From an uncultured delta proteobacterium (GTDB lineage Bacteria; Desulfobacterota; Binatia; DP-6), in assembly GCA_963815115.1 (NCBI GenBank), contig CAWFFN010000009.1, positions 576,001-640,000 on the forward strand: a DNA stretch of 64,000 bases. Reading direction: 5' to 3'. Positions within the stretch are counted from its first letter, which is position 1, and each line of letters starts with the position of its first letter. Under the pieces are notes generated by a model. It did not search any database, had not been told where the DNA came from, and saw nothing but the letters and a program-made list of their open reading frames with translations. The position numbers and the translations under genes were made by a program. This document shows positions 10,901 through 20,767 of the stretch, in pieces.

Positions 10901-12260
10901 GCGAGCTCGTCGTGGTCGTCGCGACCAGCCGATGCGCGCGCAGCAGCTTGGCGAGCCGGTCGACCTGCGCAAGCGAGAAGCCGAGCACCTTGCCGACCTC
11001 GCGCACGGCGCTGCGCGTGCGGTAGGTGATGACGTTGGCGGTCATCGCCGCGCCGCGCTCGCCGTAGCGCTGGTAGACGTACTGGATGACCTCCTCGCGC
11101 TGGTCGCCGCTCGGCAGGTCGATGTCGATGTCGGGCCACTCGCCGCGCTCCTCGGAGAGGAAGCGCTCGAAGAGCAGCTCCATGCCGACGGCGTCGACGG
11201 CGGTGATGCCGAGCGCGTAGCAGACCGGCGAGTTGGCGGCCGAGCCGCGGCCCTGGCAGAGGATGCCGCGCTCGCGCGCAGAAGCGCACGATGTCCCAGA
11301 CGATGAGGAAGTAGCCGGCGAGGTCGAGCTTGCCGATGAGCGCGAGCTCGTGCTCGAGCTGGGCGCGGATGCGCGGCGTGATCGTGCCGTAGCGCCCGCG
11401 CGCGCCGGCGTCGGTGAGGGCGCGCAGGAAGCCGTTCGGCGTCTCGCCCGGCGGCAGCGGGTAGTCGGGGAAGCGGTAGCCGAGGTCGGCGAGCGTGAAG
11501 GCGCAGCGCTCGGCGATGCGGCGGCTCGGTGCACGGCGGCCGGGCAGTCGCGGAACAGCGCCGCCATCTCGGCGGGCGACTTGAGATGGCGCTCGGCGTT
11601 GGCGAGCAGGCGCCGCCCGGCCGCGTCGAGCGTGGTGCCGTGGCGGATGCAGGTGAGCACGTCGAGCAGCGGCCGGCCGGCGGGCGTGGCGTGGCGCACG
11701 TCGTTGGTGGCGACGACGGGCACGCCGCGCGCGGCGGCGAGATCGGCGAGGCGGCGGGCGAGCCGCTCCCCGGCGCGCTCGAGATGGCGGTGCACGTCGA
11801 CGGCGAGACGATCGCGGAAGATGCCCTGCAGCCGATCGAGGTGGAGGGCCGCCTGCGCTCCCACCAGCGGCCCCTCCGCGCCGCCGGCGAGGCAGTGCAG
11901 CCCGGCGGCATGCTCCTCGAGCTGCTCCCAGGTCGCCAGGGCATCGCCCTTGGGACGGCCCGCCGCCGCGGCGGTGAGCAGGCGGCAGAGATTCGCGTAG
12001 CCGGTGCGGTCCTCGACCAAGAGGGCCAGGATGCCCGCATCCGCGACGATGACCTCCGCTCCCACCAGGGCGCGCACGCCGGCACGGCGCGCGGCGGTGA
12101 AGAAGCGCGGCGCTCCGTAGACGCCGTGACGATCGCTCAGGGCGAGGGCGTCGTGGCCGAGTGCCGCCGCCCGCTCGATCAGATCCTCCGGCAGGGAGGC
12201 GCCGCGCAGGAAGCTGAAGGCGCTCCGGCAGCGCAGCTCGACGTAGCCGGCGGAGGACAT
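7907..12260 (-). CDS. dnaE2: Error-prone DNA polymerase DnaE2 (ImuC), intein-containing; about 5 frameshifts and one in-frame TAG as assembled
   Basis: YVELRCRSAFSFLRGAS, GRGSAANS, PDIDIDL, PRHLGQHSGG, KVDLLGLG, YGFPE/SHAASF and RQRPGTAKG motifs spread over three frames. Shifts near 11525, 11275, 10925, 10832 and 10371; TAG at 10337-10339. Confidence 0.9.
8807..10075 (-). mobile_element. Intein (423 aa) with LAGLIDADG homing endonuclease in dnaE2
   Basis: Begins CIGGETRVIDADTG after YGFPE; block B TAEHPFLT; LAGLVAEG and LLARLWDGDG; ends YDLQIEGDHNFLANDFVVHN followed by +1 Ser. Confidence 0.95.
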
Positions 12261-12261
12261 C

Positions 12262-12278
12262 TTCGCCTTTGTTTCGCC
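12262..12278. promoter_or_regulatory. Candidate SOS-type operator (TTCGCC-N5-TTCGCC direct repeat) at the dnaE2 start
   Basis: TTCGCCTTTGTTTCGCC; near-identical motif at the imuA start; TTGACG -35 at 12299-12294 (-). Confidence 0.55.
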
Positions 12279-12319
12279 TCATGGCGACACTCACGTCAAG
12301 ACCCCGTCCCGTCCCCGCC

Positions 12320-12748
12320 TCAGCCCTGGGACCAGGCCGTCGTGACGTGCTCGATCCACCACGCCGGCGCGGCCGACAGCAGCGTGTCGATGTTGCTGTA
12401 GTCGCTCCAGCGCGCGATCTTCCCGCCGGCGATCTCCTGCACCGAGACGAACGGCAGCGCGACGACGTGGTCGTCCGCGAAGCACCAGTCCTCGGTGTGC
12501 TCGGTGACCACCGTCGTCTCGTCGGCGACCATGCGGTGGAGATGGTGCACGTGCCGCGGCACGCGCCCGAGGCCGATCTCGAGCTTGCGCACGATGGCTG
12601 CCGGGCCGGCGACCCGGGCCGCGGGAATGGGCACGTCGTCGTACACCGCGTTCTCGGTGAAGTAGGCCCCGAGCCTGGCGAACTCGTGGGCGTAGAGATC
12701 GTCCCAGAAGCGGCGGACGAGCGCGAGGTTGCTCTCGATGGCCGACAC
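12320..12748 (-). CDS. NTF2/SnoaL-like (limonene-1,2-epoxide hydrolase-like) protein
   Basis: NLALVRRFW...AVYDDVP...VVTEHTEDW...LPFVSVQEIAGGKIARWSDY. Confidence 0.8.
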   Translation of the reverse strand: MSAIESNLALVRRFWDDLYAHEFARLGAYFTENAVYDDVPIPAARVAGPAAIVRKLEIGLGRVPRHVHHLHRMVADETTVVTEHTEDWCFADDHVVALPFVSVQEIAGGKIARWSDYSNIDTLLSAAPAWWIEHVTTAWSQG

Positions 12749-12763
12749 GACGACGACCGTCGC

Positions 12764-13507
12764 TCAGATCAGCGCGAGCCGCGTGCCCGCGATCACCACC
12801 GCGTCCTCCGCGACGGGGAGGCCGCGGGAGCGCGCGGAGGCGAGCACGCGCGCCCGGTCCGCGACGCGCAGGTCGTAGCCGCGGACGTGCGCCGCGCGCT
12901 CGTCCGCACCGCGCACGAAGCGGAGCACGCCTGGTGCGAGCGCGATCTCGAGGCGCTCCGGCGACCGCCGCGTCACGGGAAGGTCGAGGACGCGCGACCA
13001 TCGCGCTGCCAGCGCCTCCGGATCGGGAGCGGCCAGCTCGACGCCGGCGACCGTCCGTGCGACCTCTTCGCGGACGTGCCGCTCCCACCCCGGGCCTGCC
13101 CAGCGCCACGACGCTGCGGGTCGGGCGTCGTCGATGGACAGGATGGCCCCGCCGACGTCGGCCGGATGCAGGTGCGTGCCGCGGATGTCGTCCAGGTCCG
13201 CCTTCCAGACGACACGGACCCCGAGCGCCTCCAGGCGCCGGCGGTCCTCGTCGAGCCGCTCGGACTGGAGGATGACCATGTAGCCGCCGTCGCCGTTGCG
13301 ATCGAGGAAGCGGCGCGCGGGCGCCGTGGCGGCGACGGGCGAGACCACCTCCAGGAAGGTGTCGCCGACGGGCATGACGGCGTTCACCAGCCCGAACTCC
13401 GCCACCGCGGGATCGCGGAACGAGACCTCGAGCCCGAACACGGCCGTGACATGCGCGACCGTCTCCTCGAGGTCGCGCGCGGCGATCACCACCTGACGGA
13501 GGCGCAT
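12764..13507 (-). CDS. VOC/glyoxalase-like protein
   Basis: MRLRQVVIAARDL...FGLVNAVMPVGDTFLEVVSP...GDGGYMVILQ. Confidence 0.8.
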   Translation of the reverse strand: MRLRQVVIAARDLEETVAHVTAVFGLEVSFRDPAVAEFGLVNAVMPVGDTFLEVVSPVAATAPARRFLDRNGDGGYMVILQSERLDEDRRRLEALGVRVVWKADLDDIRGTHLHPADVGGAILSIDDARPAASWRWAGPGWERHVREEVARTVAGVELAAPDPEALAARWSRVLDLPVTRRSPERLEIALAPGVLRFVRGADERAAHVRGYDLRVADRARVLASARSRGLPVAEDAVVIAGTRLALI

Positions 13508-13597
13508 GCGGGCGAAGTTCGACCGTCGCGCCGCCGGAGTCAAGCCGCCGCTCCTTGACGGTGGGAGGGGCGGGTCACTAATGGCTGGCGCGCCGGG

Positions 13598-15205
13598 ATG
13601 AACGATCGAGCGGAGCGCAGGCGGCTGCTCGCCGCGTGGGGCATCGTCGTGCTCGCGGGCATCGGCCACCGGGCGACCCTCTTCCTGCTGCACCGCGCCG
13701 ACCTCGATGCCCTCATCGACGCCAATGCGGCGTGGTACACGTTCCAGCACCTGCCCAGGGAGATGCTGCGCGATCATCTCTTCCGCTCGCTCCTGATCCT
13801 CCAGCAGACGCCGCCAGCTTCGAACCTGCTCCTGGGCATCGCCCTCAAGTGGTGCTCCTGGCCGGTCGGCGTCGCCTACGCGATGATCTGGCTGCAGACG
13901 ATCCTGACCATCCTCACGGCGGTGGTCCTCGTGCACGTCGTGTCGGTGCTCTACCCCGGACGGGTCGTGCTCTGGACCGCGATCGGTCTCCTCTTCGTGC
14001 TCGACACCGGCCTCGTCGTCCTCGAGTACACCAGCATGGGGCAGACCATCTACGGGCCGCTCGCGATGCTGCTCGTGCTCGCCACCGTGGACCGGCTCGT
14101 CGTCCTGCGGCGCTCGGACCGGGTGCGGGATGCCGTCGCAGCCGGCATCGCCACCGGGCTGCTGTCACTCTCGCGCGCCCCGTGGTCGCTCTTCCCGCTG
14201 CCGTGCCTGGTGCTGGTGTCGGTGCTGGCCCGGACGCGGAAGCTCCGGGCCACGCTCGCGTGTCTGCTCCCGATCGTGATCCTGCAGGGTGGCTGGGCGC
14301 TCAAGAACTACGAGGTGTATGGCACCTTCTCGCCGATGACGGGCACGTGGGGGGGCATGCACGCGGCCGTCGGTCTCGGCAGCGCGGGCCTCGGTGAGGA
14401 GTACGACCGGTTTCTCCAGCAGCGGGTGGCGGCGCACGACGGGCATCCGGAATGGGTGCTCGCCTTCCTGGCGGGCGATCCCGCCGTCCTGGATCGCCTG
14501 CCGCCGGAGATTCACCAGCGCGACCTGGCGGTCGAGCGTACGATCGGGCTGACGAACCCGACGTGGAACACGCTGGGGTTCCGGACCCTGTGGGCGGAGG
14601 GTGAGCGCCTCTTCCTGGTCTTCGCGTGGCAGCATCCGCGCGACATGCTGGCGAAGTGGATGCGCGCCTACGACATCTTCTGGCAGCCCATGGAGAACTA
14701 CGGGCGCCTGTTCGTCACGCTCTTCGCGGTCGGCAACCACGTCGGCAGCGGCTTCGATTTCGCCGGCATCGTTCGCCAGATCGGCGCCGGGACGCTGCCC
14801 GAGACGCAGTACGTCATGAGCGGGACGCATCGCTTCATGACGGAACGGAAGGCGCCTCGCCGCTTCACCCCGACCACGATGTTCACGCTGCGCTGGCTCG
14901 ATCCGTTCGTGCTGATGCTCAACGTGCTCGGCGTGCACGTGCTGCTGCCCCTGGTGGCAGCGGTCGCGCTCGCGCGCCGGGGGGAGCCCGCCACTCCCGG
15001 GTTCGATCCGCTCCGCATGGCGGCGCTGCTGGTCGCCGCGACCGTCTATGGGTATCTTGCCGTTCTCGTGAACCTCGTCGAGACCCTCGAGAACATGCGC
15101 TACCGCCAGGAGGTCGAGCCCGTCGTGTGGCTGATCACACTGATCTCGCTCACCACGCTGGGCGGGTTCGTGCGCGGAGTGGCCCGACGTCGTCTGGCGA
15201 CGTGA
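13598..15205 (+). CDS. Polytopic membrane protein, putative GT-C-type glycosyltransferase, paralog 1
   Basis: Many hydrophobic segments; LQQTPP and ENMRYR motifs shared with paralogs; adjacent to GT2. Confidence 0.7.
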   Translation: MNDRAERRRLLAAWGIVVLAGIGHRATLFLLHRADLDALIDANAAWYTFQHLPREMLRDHLFRSLLILQQTPPASNLLLGIALKWCSWPVGVAYAMIWLQTILTILTAVVLVHVVSVLYPGRVVLWTAIGLLFVLDTGLVVLEYTSMGQTIYGPLAMLLVLATVDRLVVLRRSDRVRDAVAAGIATGLLSLSRAPWSLFPLPCLVLVSVLARTRKLRATLACLLPIVILQGGWALKNYEVYGTFSPMTGTWGGMHAAVGLGSAGLGEEYDRFLQQRVAAHDGHPEWVLAFLAGDPAVLDRLPPEIHQRDLAVERTIGLTNPTWNTLGFRTLWAEGERLFLVFAWQHPRDMLAKWMRAYDIFWQPMENYGRLFVTLFAVGNHVGSGFDFAGIVRQIGAGTLPETQYVMSGTHRFMTERKAPRRFTPTTMFTLRWLDPFVLMLNVLGVHVLLPLVAAVALARRGEPATPGFDPLRMAALLVAATVYGYLAVLVNLVETLENMRYRQEVEPVVWLITLISLTTLGGFVRGVARRRLAT

Positions 15206-16809
15206 TGAGCGCCGGCGCCGAGCGCCGCCGGCTGCACGTCGCGTGGGCCGTCGTGGTGCTCGTGGCGCTGGCGCACCGCGCCGCGCTCTTCCTGCTCCAC
15301 CGCGCCGACCTCGCCGCGTTCGTCGACGCCAACGCGAGCTGGTACAGCTACCAGAACCTGCCGCGGGAGATGCTGCGCGACCACCTCCTGCGCTCGTTGC
15401 TCTACCTGCAGCAGACCCCCCCCGCCTCGAACCTCTCCATGGGGCTCGCGCTCAAGTGGTTCTCGTGGCCCGTGGGCGTCGCCCACGCCCTCATCTGCCT
15501 GCAGACCGCGGTGTGCATCCTGGGGGCGGTGGTCCTGATGCACGTGCTGGCCTTGCTCTATCCGGGGCGCGCGATCCTGTGGACGGCCGTCGGCCTCCTC
15601 TTCCTGCTCAACACCGACCTGGTGGTGCTCGAGTACAACAGCATGGGGCAGACCCTGTACGGGCCGCTCGCGATGCTGCTGCTGCTCGTCATCCTCGACC
15701 GCCTCCTGGTCCTGCGACTCGCGGGTCGGCTGCGCGACGCGGCGGCCGCCGGTCTGGCGATGGGATTGCTCGTGCTGACGCGCGCGACCTGGGCGTTCTT
15801 CTCCGTCGTGTGTCTGCTCCTGGTGGCCGCGTTCGCGCCCAGACTGCGCGGCCGCGCCGCGTTCGCCTGTCTGCTGCCGATCGCCCTTCTTCAGGGCGGC
15901 TGGGCGGTCAAGAACTGGCAGGTGTGGGGCGCCTTCTCGCTCACCCCCACCACCTGGGGCGGCATGCACGCCATGGTCGGGCTGAAGAACGGCGGCGTCT
16001 GGAACGAGTTCGAGAGCTACCAGCGCGAGCACGTCACGCTGGAGCGGGGCTACCCCGCCTGGAAGGTCGCCGCTGCGCTCGGCGATCCGCTCGCGATGTT
16101 CGCCTTCCCGCGCGAGATCTCGGAACGCGACGCGGCCATCACGCAGGCGATGGGGATGGACAATCCGCTCACCAACAGCCTCGCCTTCCGGACCACTTGC
16201 GCCGAGGATCAGCGTGCCTTCCTCGACTTCGTGCGGGCGAATCCCGGCACCATGGCCCGCAAGTGGCTGCGCGCCTACGTCGTCTTCTGGCAGCCGATGG
16301 CGAACTACGGACAGGCGTTCGTCGACCTGTTCGCGGTCGGCAACCATCTGCGCGACAGCTTCGACCTGCGCGGCGTCGTGGCGCAGCTCCGCGCCGGGAC
16401 CCTGCCCGACACGCAGTACGTCGCGAGCGGATCGCGCGGCGTGGCGGTCGAGCGCAAGGGGAAATTCACCCTGACGCCGACCACGCTCTACACCTTCCGC
16501 TGGCTCGAGCCGTTCGTGCTCGTGCTCAACCTGGTCGCGATTCACCTGCTCCTGCCGCTCGTCGCGCTGCTCTGGCTGGCGCGGCGCGCGCGTTCCGCCT
16601 TCGATCCTCTCCGCATGAGCGCGCTCCTGGTCGCGGCGACCTGCTATGCCTACCTCGCCGCGCTGGTGAACTTCGTCGAGACGCTGGAGAACATGCGGTA
16701 CCGTCTCGAGGTCGAGCCCCTGGTCTGGCTCATCACGCTGATCTGCGTGACCGAGCTGGCGTCCCTGGTCCGCCCGCGGACCGCGGCCGTCAGCGTGTCC
16801 GCTCGATGA
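15205..16809 (+). CDS. Polytopic membrane protein, putative GT-C-type glycosyltransferase, paralog 2
   Basis: ATG overlaps the paralog 1 stop (TGATG); colinear similarity with paralog 1. Confidence 0.7.
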   Translation: MSAGAERRRLHVAWAVVVLVALAHRAALFLLHRADLAAFVDANASWYSYQNLPREMLRDHLLRSLLYLQQTPPASNLSMGLALKWFSWPVGVAHALICLQTAVCILGAVVLMHVLALLYPGRAILWTAVGLLFLLNTDLVVLEYNSMGQTLYGPLAMLLLLVILDRLLVLRLAGRLRDAAAAGLAMGLLVLTRATWAFFSVVCLLLVAAFAPRLRGRAAFACLLPIALLQGGWAVKNWQVWGAFSLTPTTWGGMHAMVGLKNGGVWNEFESYQREHVTLERGYPAWKVAAALGDPLAMFAFPREISERDAAITQAMGMDNPLTNSLAFRTTCAEDQRAFLDFVRANPGTMARKWLRAYVVFWQPMANYGQAFVDLFAVGNHLRDSFDLRGVVAQLRAGTLPDTQYVASGSRGVAVERKGKFTLTPTTLYTFRWLEPFVLVLNLVAIHLLLPLVALLWLARRARSAFDPLRMSALLVAATCYAYLAALVNFVETLENMRYRLEVEPLVWLITLICVTELASLVRPRTAAVSVSAR

Positions 16810-17536
16810 CGAGCACGCAGCGCAGCGCGGTCAGACGCGGCGCCGCCGAGAGCAGGCGGTCGAGGCGTTCCGCGGCGGGAAGCAACGATCCCGGCAGCAG
16901 CCCGGCAGGCTGAAACCCACCGCTGAGCAGCCAGGGCAGCGCGGCGAACGGCTCGCGCCGCACCACGCGCAGCGGAAGGCCGAGGCGATCGAGCACCCCG
17001 CGCGCTCCGAAGTAGAGAAAGGGAAGCGCGGCGTTGCCCTCCATGGCCCCCTTGCGATCCTCGCCCCACGGCATGCGCGGATCGACGCCCAGGTCGCAGT
17101 CCTCGTGGTGGATCCAGCGGTAGAAGAGCCGGCCCGCGAGTCCGACCCACGGCTCGATCATCACCACGCGCCCGCCCGGACGCAGCACGCGTGCCGCCTC
17201 TGCCAGGAACGCCTCCGGTCGGGGCAGATGGTGGAAGACGTCGAGGAGCACGATGCTGCCCACGCGTGCCGCGCCGAACGGCAGCGCGGCGGCTTCGACG
17301 ACCGCGTCCGCGTGCGGGTTGGCGATCGCATCGGTCGCGATCACGTCGGGGTGGCGCTCCTTGAAGAACCCCGGGCCGCAGCCCAGCTCCACGATCGGAG
17401 GCGAGCTCGCGCAGGCTGCGTGGAGCGCTCCGAACCAGCGATCGTACACGCCGCGCAGGGCCGGCTTGCGCGCCCAGGCCGCGCGATGGGCGGCGATCCA
17501 GTCGTCGGACGGCGCCGTCGGACGCACCGCGCTCAC
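16790..17536 (-). CDS. Class I SAM-dependent methyltransferase
   Basis: VELGCGPG, DVFHHL and RVLRPGG motifs; GTG overlaps the upstream stop. Confidence 0.8.
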   Translation of the reverse strand: MSAVRPTAPSDDWIAAHRAAWARKPALRGVYDRWFGALHAACASSPPIVELGCGPGFFKERHPDVIATDAIANPHADAVVEAAALPFGAARVGSIVLLDVFHHLPRPEAFLAEAARVLRPGGRVVMIEPWVGLAGRLFYRWIHHEDCDLGVDPRMPWGEDRKGAMEGNAALPFLYFGARGVLDRLGLPLRVVRREPFAALPWLLSGGFQPAGLLPGSLLPAAERLDRLLSAAPRLTALRCVLVIERTR

Positions 17537-19029
17537 GCCAGCTTCAGCCGGCGCAGCGCCAGCCAGCACATGCGGAGCATGACCAGGCCGTTGCGCAGGC
17601 GCTTCCCCATCTTGCTCTCGCCGGCCACCCGCTCCACGTAGTGCACGGGGATCTCGACGATCTTGAGGTTGCACTTCGCGGCGCCGAAGATCCAGTCGTA
17701 GTCCCCCCAGCGGTCGACGTCGCCGAACAGGGTCCGCGCCTCGAGGAGACGGGCGTAGTTCCTGCGCAGCACCACCTTCGTGCCGCACAGCGTGTCGGTG
17801 ATGCGCTGCTCGAGCAGGAACGTGAACGCCCAGGCGAAGAGCTTGTTGCCGAGGATGTTCGCGGTCCGCATCGCCTCGGCGCCCAGCGGATAGACCAGCC
17901 GCGTGCCCATCACCAGCTCGCCCTTGTTCGCCGTGATGGCCTCGAAGAAGGCGGGCAGATCCTCCGGCATCACGGTCATGTCCGCGTCGAGGATCATCAG
18001 GACGTCGCCGCTCGCCGCCGCCAGCCCGGCACGCACCGCCGCGCCCTTGCCACGACCCGGCCCCTCGACGAGCTTGATGCGGCGATCCGGGTGAGCGGCG
18101 ATCGCCTCCCGCACGCGCGCGGCGGTGTCGTCGTCGCTGCGGTCGTCCACGAAGACGATCTCCGTGAAGGCACCCATCTCCGGGACGCGGCCCGGGATGG
18201 CGGGGACGTTGGCTTCCTCGTTCTTGCACGGCACGACCACCGTCGCCGAGTAGTCCGCCGGCGGACGCGAGAGCGGCCTGCTCGGACGCGCCACGACGAA
18301 GCGCACGAAGCCGAGCTGCTGGATCAGCGGCAGGCGGCCGAGGACGTCGTTCATCAGCTCGGCCACGCCCGGCACGTACTTCGGACACGGCATCCGCATG
18401 CCGCTCTTCACCACCTCGAAGCCTCCGAGGTGCAGCAGGCCGCGCAGGTCGCCCGGTGAGAGCCAGTTCTGCGTCGGGTTGTCCAGCTTGAGGCCGAGCC
18501 GGGCGGCGGGCCCGACCAGCGGCTCCCAGAGATGGTTGTAGTAGACGATCACCAGCCGCGAGTCGGCGTGTACCAGCGGACGCAGGCGCTTCAAGGCGAC
18601 GAGCACGTCGGCGAGCTCGCCGACGACGTTCACCATGAGGACGAAGTCGAAGCCGCCGGCCTCGCCGCGCACCTCGTGCTCCGGCAGGTGCAGCTCCTCC
18701 GCCGCCTGGCGGTGGAGGGCGAGGCCCGGGTGCTTGCCGCGCGCCAGGTCGATCATGCCCTGGCTCAGGTCGACGCCGACCCCGGGCGACGGCGACAGAG
18801 CCGCGAGCTGGTCCGCGTTGCCGCAGCCGACGTCGAGGACGCGCCGTCCGGGGGGAACGATGAAGCGCAGCAGGTCCGTGAGGGCGGCGTAGTAGTAGCT
18901 GCTACGCGCGATCCACTGCTCGCGGCCGGGCCCCAGGTCGTCGTAGAACCTGCGGACGCGATCCAGGGTGCCCTGGATGAGGTCGTGATGGGCCCCTTCG
19001 GCGGTCTCGATCGCGGTCTCCACCGCCAT
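17533..19029 (-). CDS. Bifunctional methyltransferase-like / GT2 glycosyltransferase
   Basis: N-terminal VLDVGCG; C-terminal VVVPCKNE, FVDDRSDD, ILDAD and TDTLCGTK. Confidence 0.88.
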   Translation of the reverse strand: MAVETAIETAEGAHHDLIQGTLDRVRRFYDDLGPGREQWIARSSYYYAALTDLLRFIVPPGRRVLDVGCGNADQLAALSPSPGVGVDLSQGMIDLARGKHPGLALHRQAAEELHLPEHEVRGEAGGFDFVLMVNVVGELADVLVALKRLRPLVHADSRLVIVYYNHLWEPLVGPAARLGLKLDNPTQNWLSPGDLRGLLHLGGFEVVKSGMRMPCPKYVPGVAELMNDVLGRLPLIQQLGFVRFVVARPSRPLSRPPADYSATVVVPCKNEEANVPAIPGRVPEMGAFTEIVFVDDRSDDDTAARVREAIAAHPDRRIKLVEGPGRGKGAAVRAGLAAASGDVLMILDADMTVMPEDLPAFFEAITANKGELVMGTRLVYPLGAEAMRTANILGNKLFAWAFTFLLEQRITDTLCGTKVVLRRNYARLLEARTLFGDVDRWGDYDWIFGAAKCNLKIVEIPVHYVERVAGESKMGKRLRNGLVMLRMCWLALRRLKLA

Positions 19030-19126
19030 TCGTGACGGAGTCGTAGCACAACCGCCGATCGATCGCAGAGAGCACGCAGAGAGCGCGGCCTTGACGGTCG
19101 GAACGCGGGTTCGCTATCGCCGCAGG

Positions 19127-20767
19127 ATGCTCGAGCGCGCGGAGCGCCGGAGGCGCGCGGCGGCCTATGGCATCGTCTTCGTCGTGGCGCTCGCGCACCG
19201 GGTGGCGCTCTTCCTCCTGCATCGAGCCGATCTCGACGCCTACATCGACGCGAACGAGAGCTGGTACACGTTCCAGCACCTGCCGCAGGAGCTGCTGCGC
19301 GACCACCTCTTCCGGTCGCTGCTCCTCCTCCAGCAGACGCCGCCCGCGTCGAACCTCTTGGTCGGTCTCGCGCTCAAGGGGTTCTCGTGGCCGGTCGGCG
19401 TCGCCTACGCGCTCATCTGGATGCAGACGACCGTCTCCATCCTGACGGCGCTCGTGCTCGTCCACCTGCTCGCCACGCTGTACCAGGGGCGCGTCGTCCT
19501 GTGGATCGCGATCGGCGTGATGTTCGCGCTGAACAACGACCTGGTCGTGCTCGAGTACACCAGCATGGGCCAGCTCATCTACGGGCCGCTCGCCATGCTC
19601 TTCGCGCTCGTGGTGGTCGACCGCCTGGCGGCCTTGTGGCGCAGCGGACGGCCGCGCGAGGCTGCCGCCGCCGGCATCGCCACCGGTCTGCTCGCGCTGT
19701 CGCGTGCCACCTGGGGCTACTTCGCGCTGCCCTGCCTCGCGCTCGTCGCGGCCCTCGCCGGTCCGCGGCGGCTGCGCGTGGTCGTCGCCTGTCTCATCCC
19801 GATCGTCGTCCTGCAGGGAGGCTGGGCGCTCAAGAACTGGGCGCTCTACGGCGTGCTCTCACCCTCGACCTCGGCGTGGGGCGGCTTTCACGCCGTCACC
19901 GGGCTGAACTTCGCCGGCTTCCGGGGCGACTACCTGCGCTTCTTCGAGGACCAGGCGACGGCCGAGAACGGCGCCCCGGAGTGGGCGATCCAGCTCGCGC
20001 ACGGCGATCCCCGGGGACTCGAACGCCTGAAGGAGGAGACCAGCGAGCGCGACCGGTGGGTGGAACGCACGATCGGCCTGACGAACCCGATGCTCAACAC
20101 GCTCTACTTCCGGAAGTTCTGCGCCGAGGGGGAGCGCGTGTGGTTCAAGTTCGCCTGGCACAATCCCCGCACCATGCTCGCCAAGTGGTGGACCGCCTAC
20201 CACTACTTCTGGCAGCCGATCGCGAACTACGGGCACCTGCTGGTGGCGCTCTTCTCGGGCGAGAACCGCATCCAGGACGGACTCGATCTACCCGGCATCG
20301 TCCGCCAGCTGCGCGCCGGGACGCTGCCCGAGCGCTACTTCGTGGTGAGTGGCTCGAACTTCCTGATGAAGGAGCAGAAGGCGCCCCCGAACACGACGCC
20401 GACCAGGCTCTACACCCTGGGCTTTCTCGAGCCCGTGGTGCTGATGCTGAACGTGGTCGGCGTCCATCTCCTCCTGCCGCTGGTGCTCGTGGCGTGGGTG
20501 GTGCTCTGGATGCTCGGGCGGGCGGTGTTCGATCCGCTGCGCATGGCGGTCCTGGTGACCGCGGCGACCGTCTACGCGTACCTCGCCGGGGTCGCGAACT
20601 TCGTCGAGACGGCGGAGAACATGCGCTACCGTCTCGAGGTGGAACCGGTGATCTGGGTGATCACGCTGATCTGCCTGAGCGAGCTCGGCCGTCTGATCGG
20701 CGCCGGGCTCCGCCGTCAATCGTACATCCCGTCGACGAACCACGAGCCGGTCGCGAACTCGCGATAG
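19127..20767 (+). CDS. Polytopic membrane protein, putative GT-C-type glycosyltransferase, paralog 3
   Basis: Same motifs as paralogs 1 and 2; 3' end overlaps the imuB 3' end by 52 bp. Confidence 0.7.
   Translation: MLERAERRRRAAAYGIVFVVALAHRVALFLLHRADLDAYIDANESWYTFQHLPQELLRDHLFRSLLLLQQTPPASNLLVGLALKGFSWPVGVAYALIWMQTTVSILTALVLVHLLATLYQGRVVLWIAIGVMFALNNDLVVLEYTSMGQLIYGPLAMLFALVVVDRLAALWRSGRPREAAAAGIATGLLALSRATWGYFALPCLALVAALAGPRRLRVVVACLIPIVVLQGGWALKNWALYGVLSPSTSAWGGFHAVTGLNFAGFRGDYLRFFEDQATAENGAPEWAIQLAHGDPRGLERLKEETSERDRWVERTIGLTNPMLNTLYFRKFCAEGERVWFKFAWHNPRTMLAKWWTAYHYFWQPIANYGHLLVALFSGENRIQDGLDLPGIVRQLRAGTLPERYFVVSGSNFLMKEQKAPPNTTPTRLYTLGFLEPVVLMLNVVGVHLLLPLVLVAWVVLWMLGRAVFDPLRMAVLVTAATVYAYLAGVANFVETAENMRYRLEVEPVIWVITLICLSELGRLIGAGLRRQSYIPSTNHEPVANSR

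Noticed and set aside
19101-19112. GAAC-N4-GTTC (Gram-positive-type LexA box) in the promoter of membrane paralog 3
   Set aside because: Single occurrence, absent from the imuA/dnaE2 promoters and from the paralog 1 promoter; likely chance
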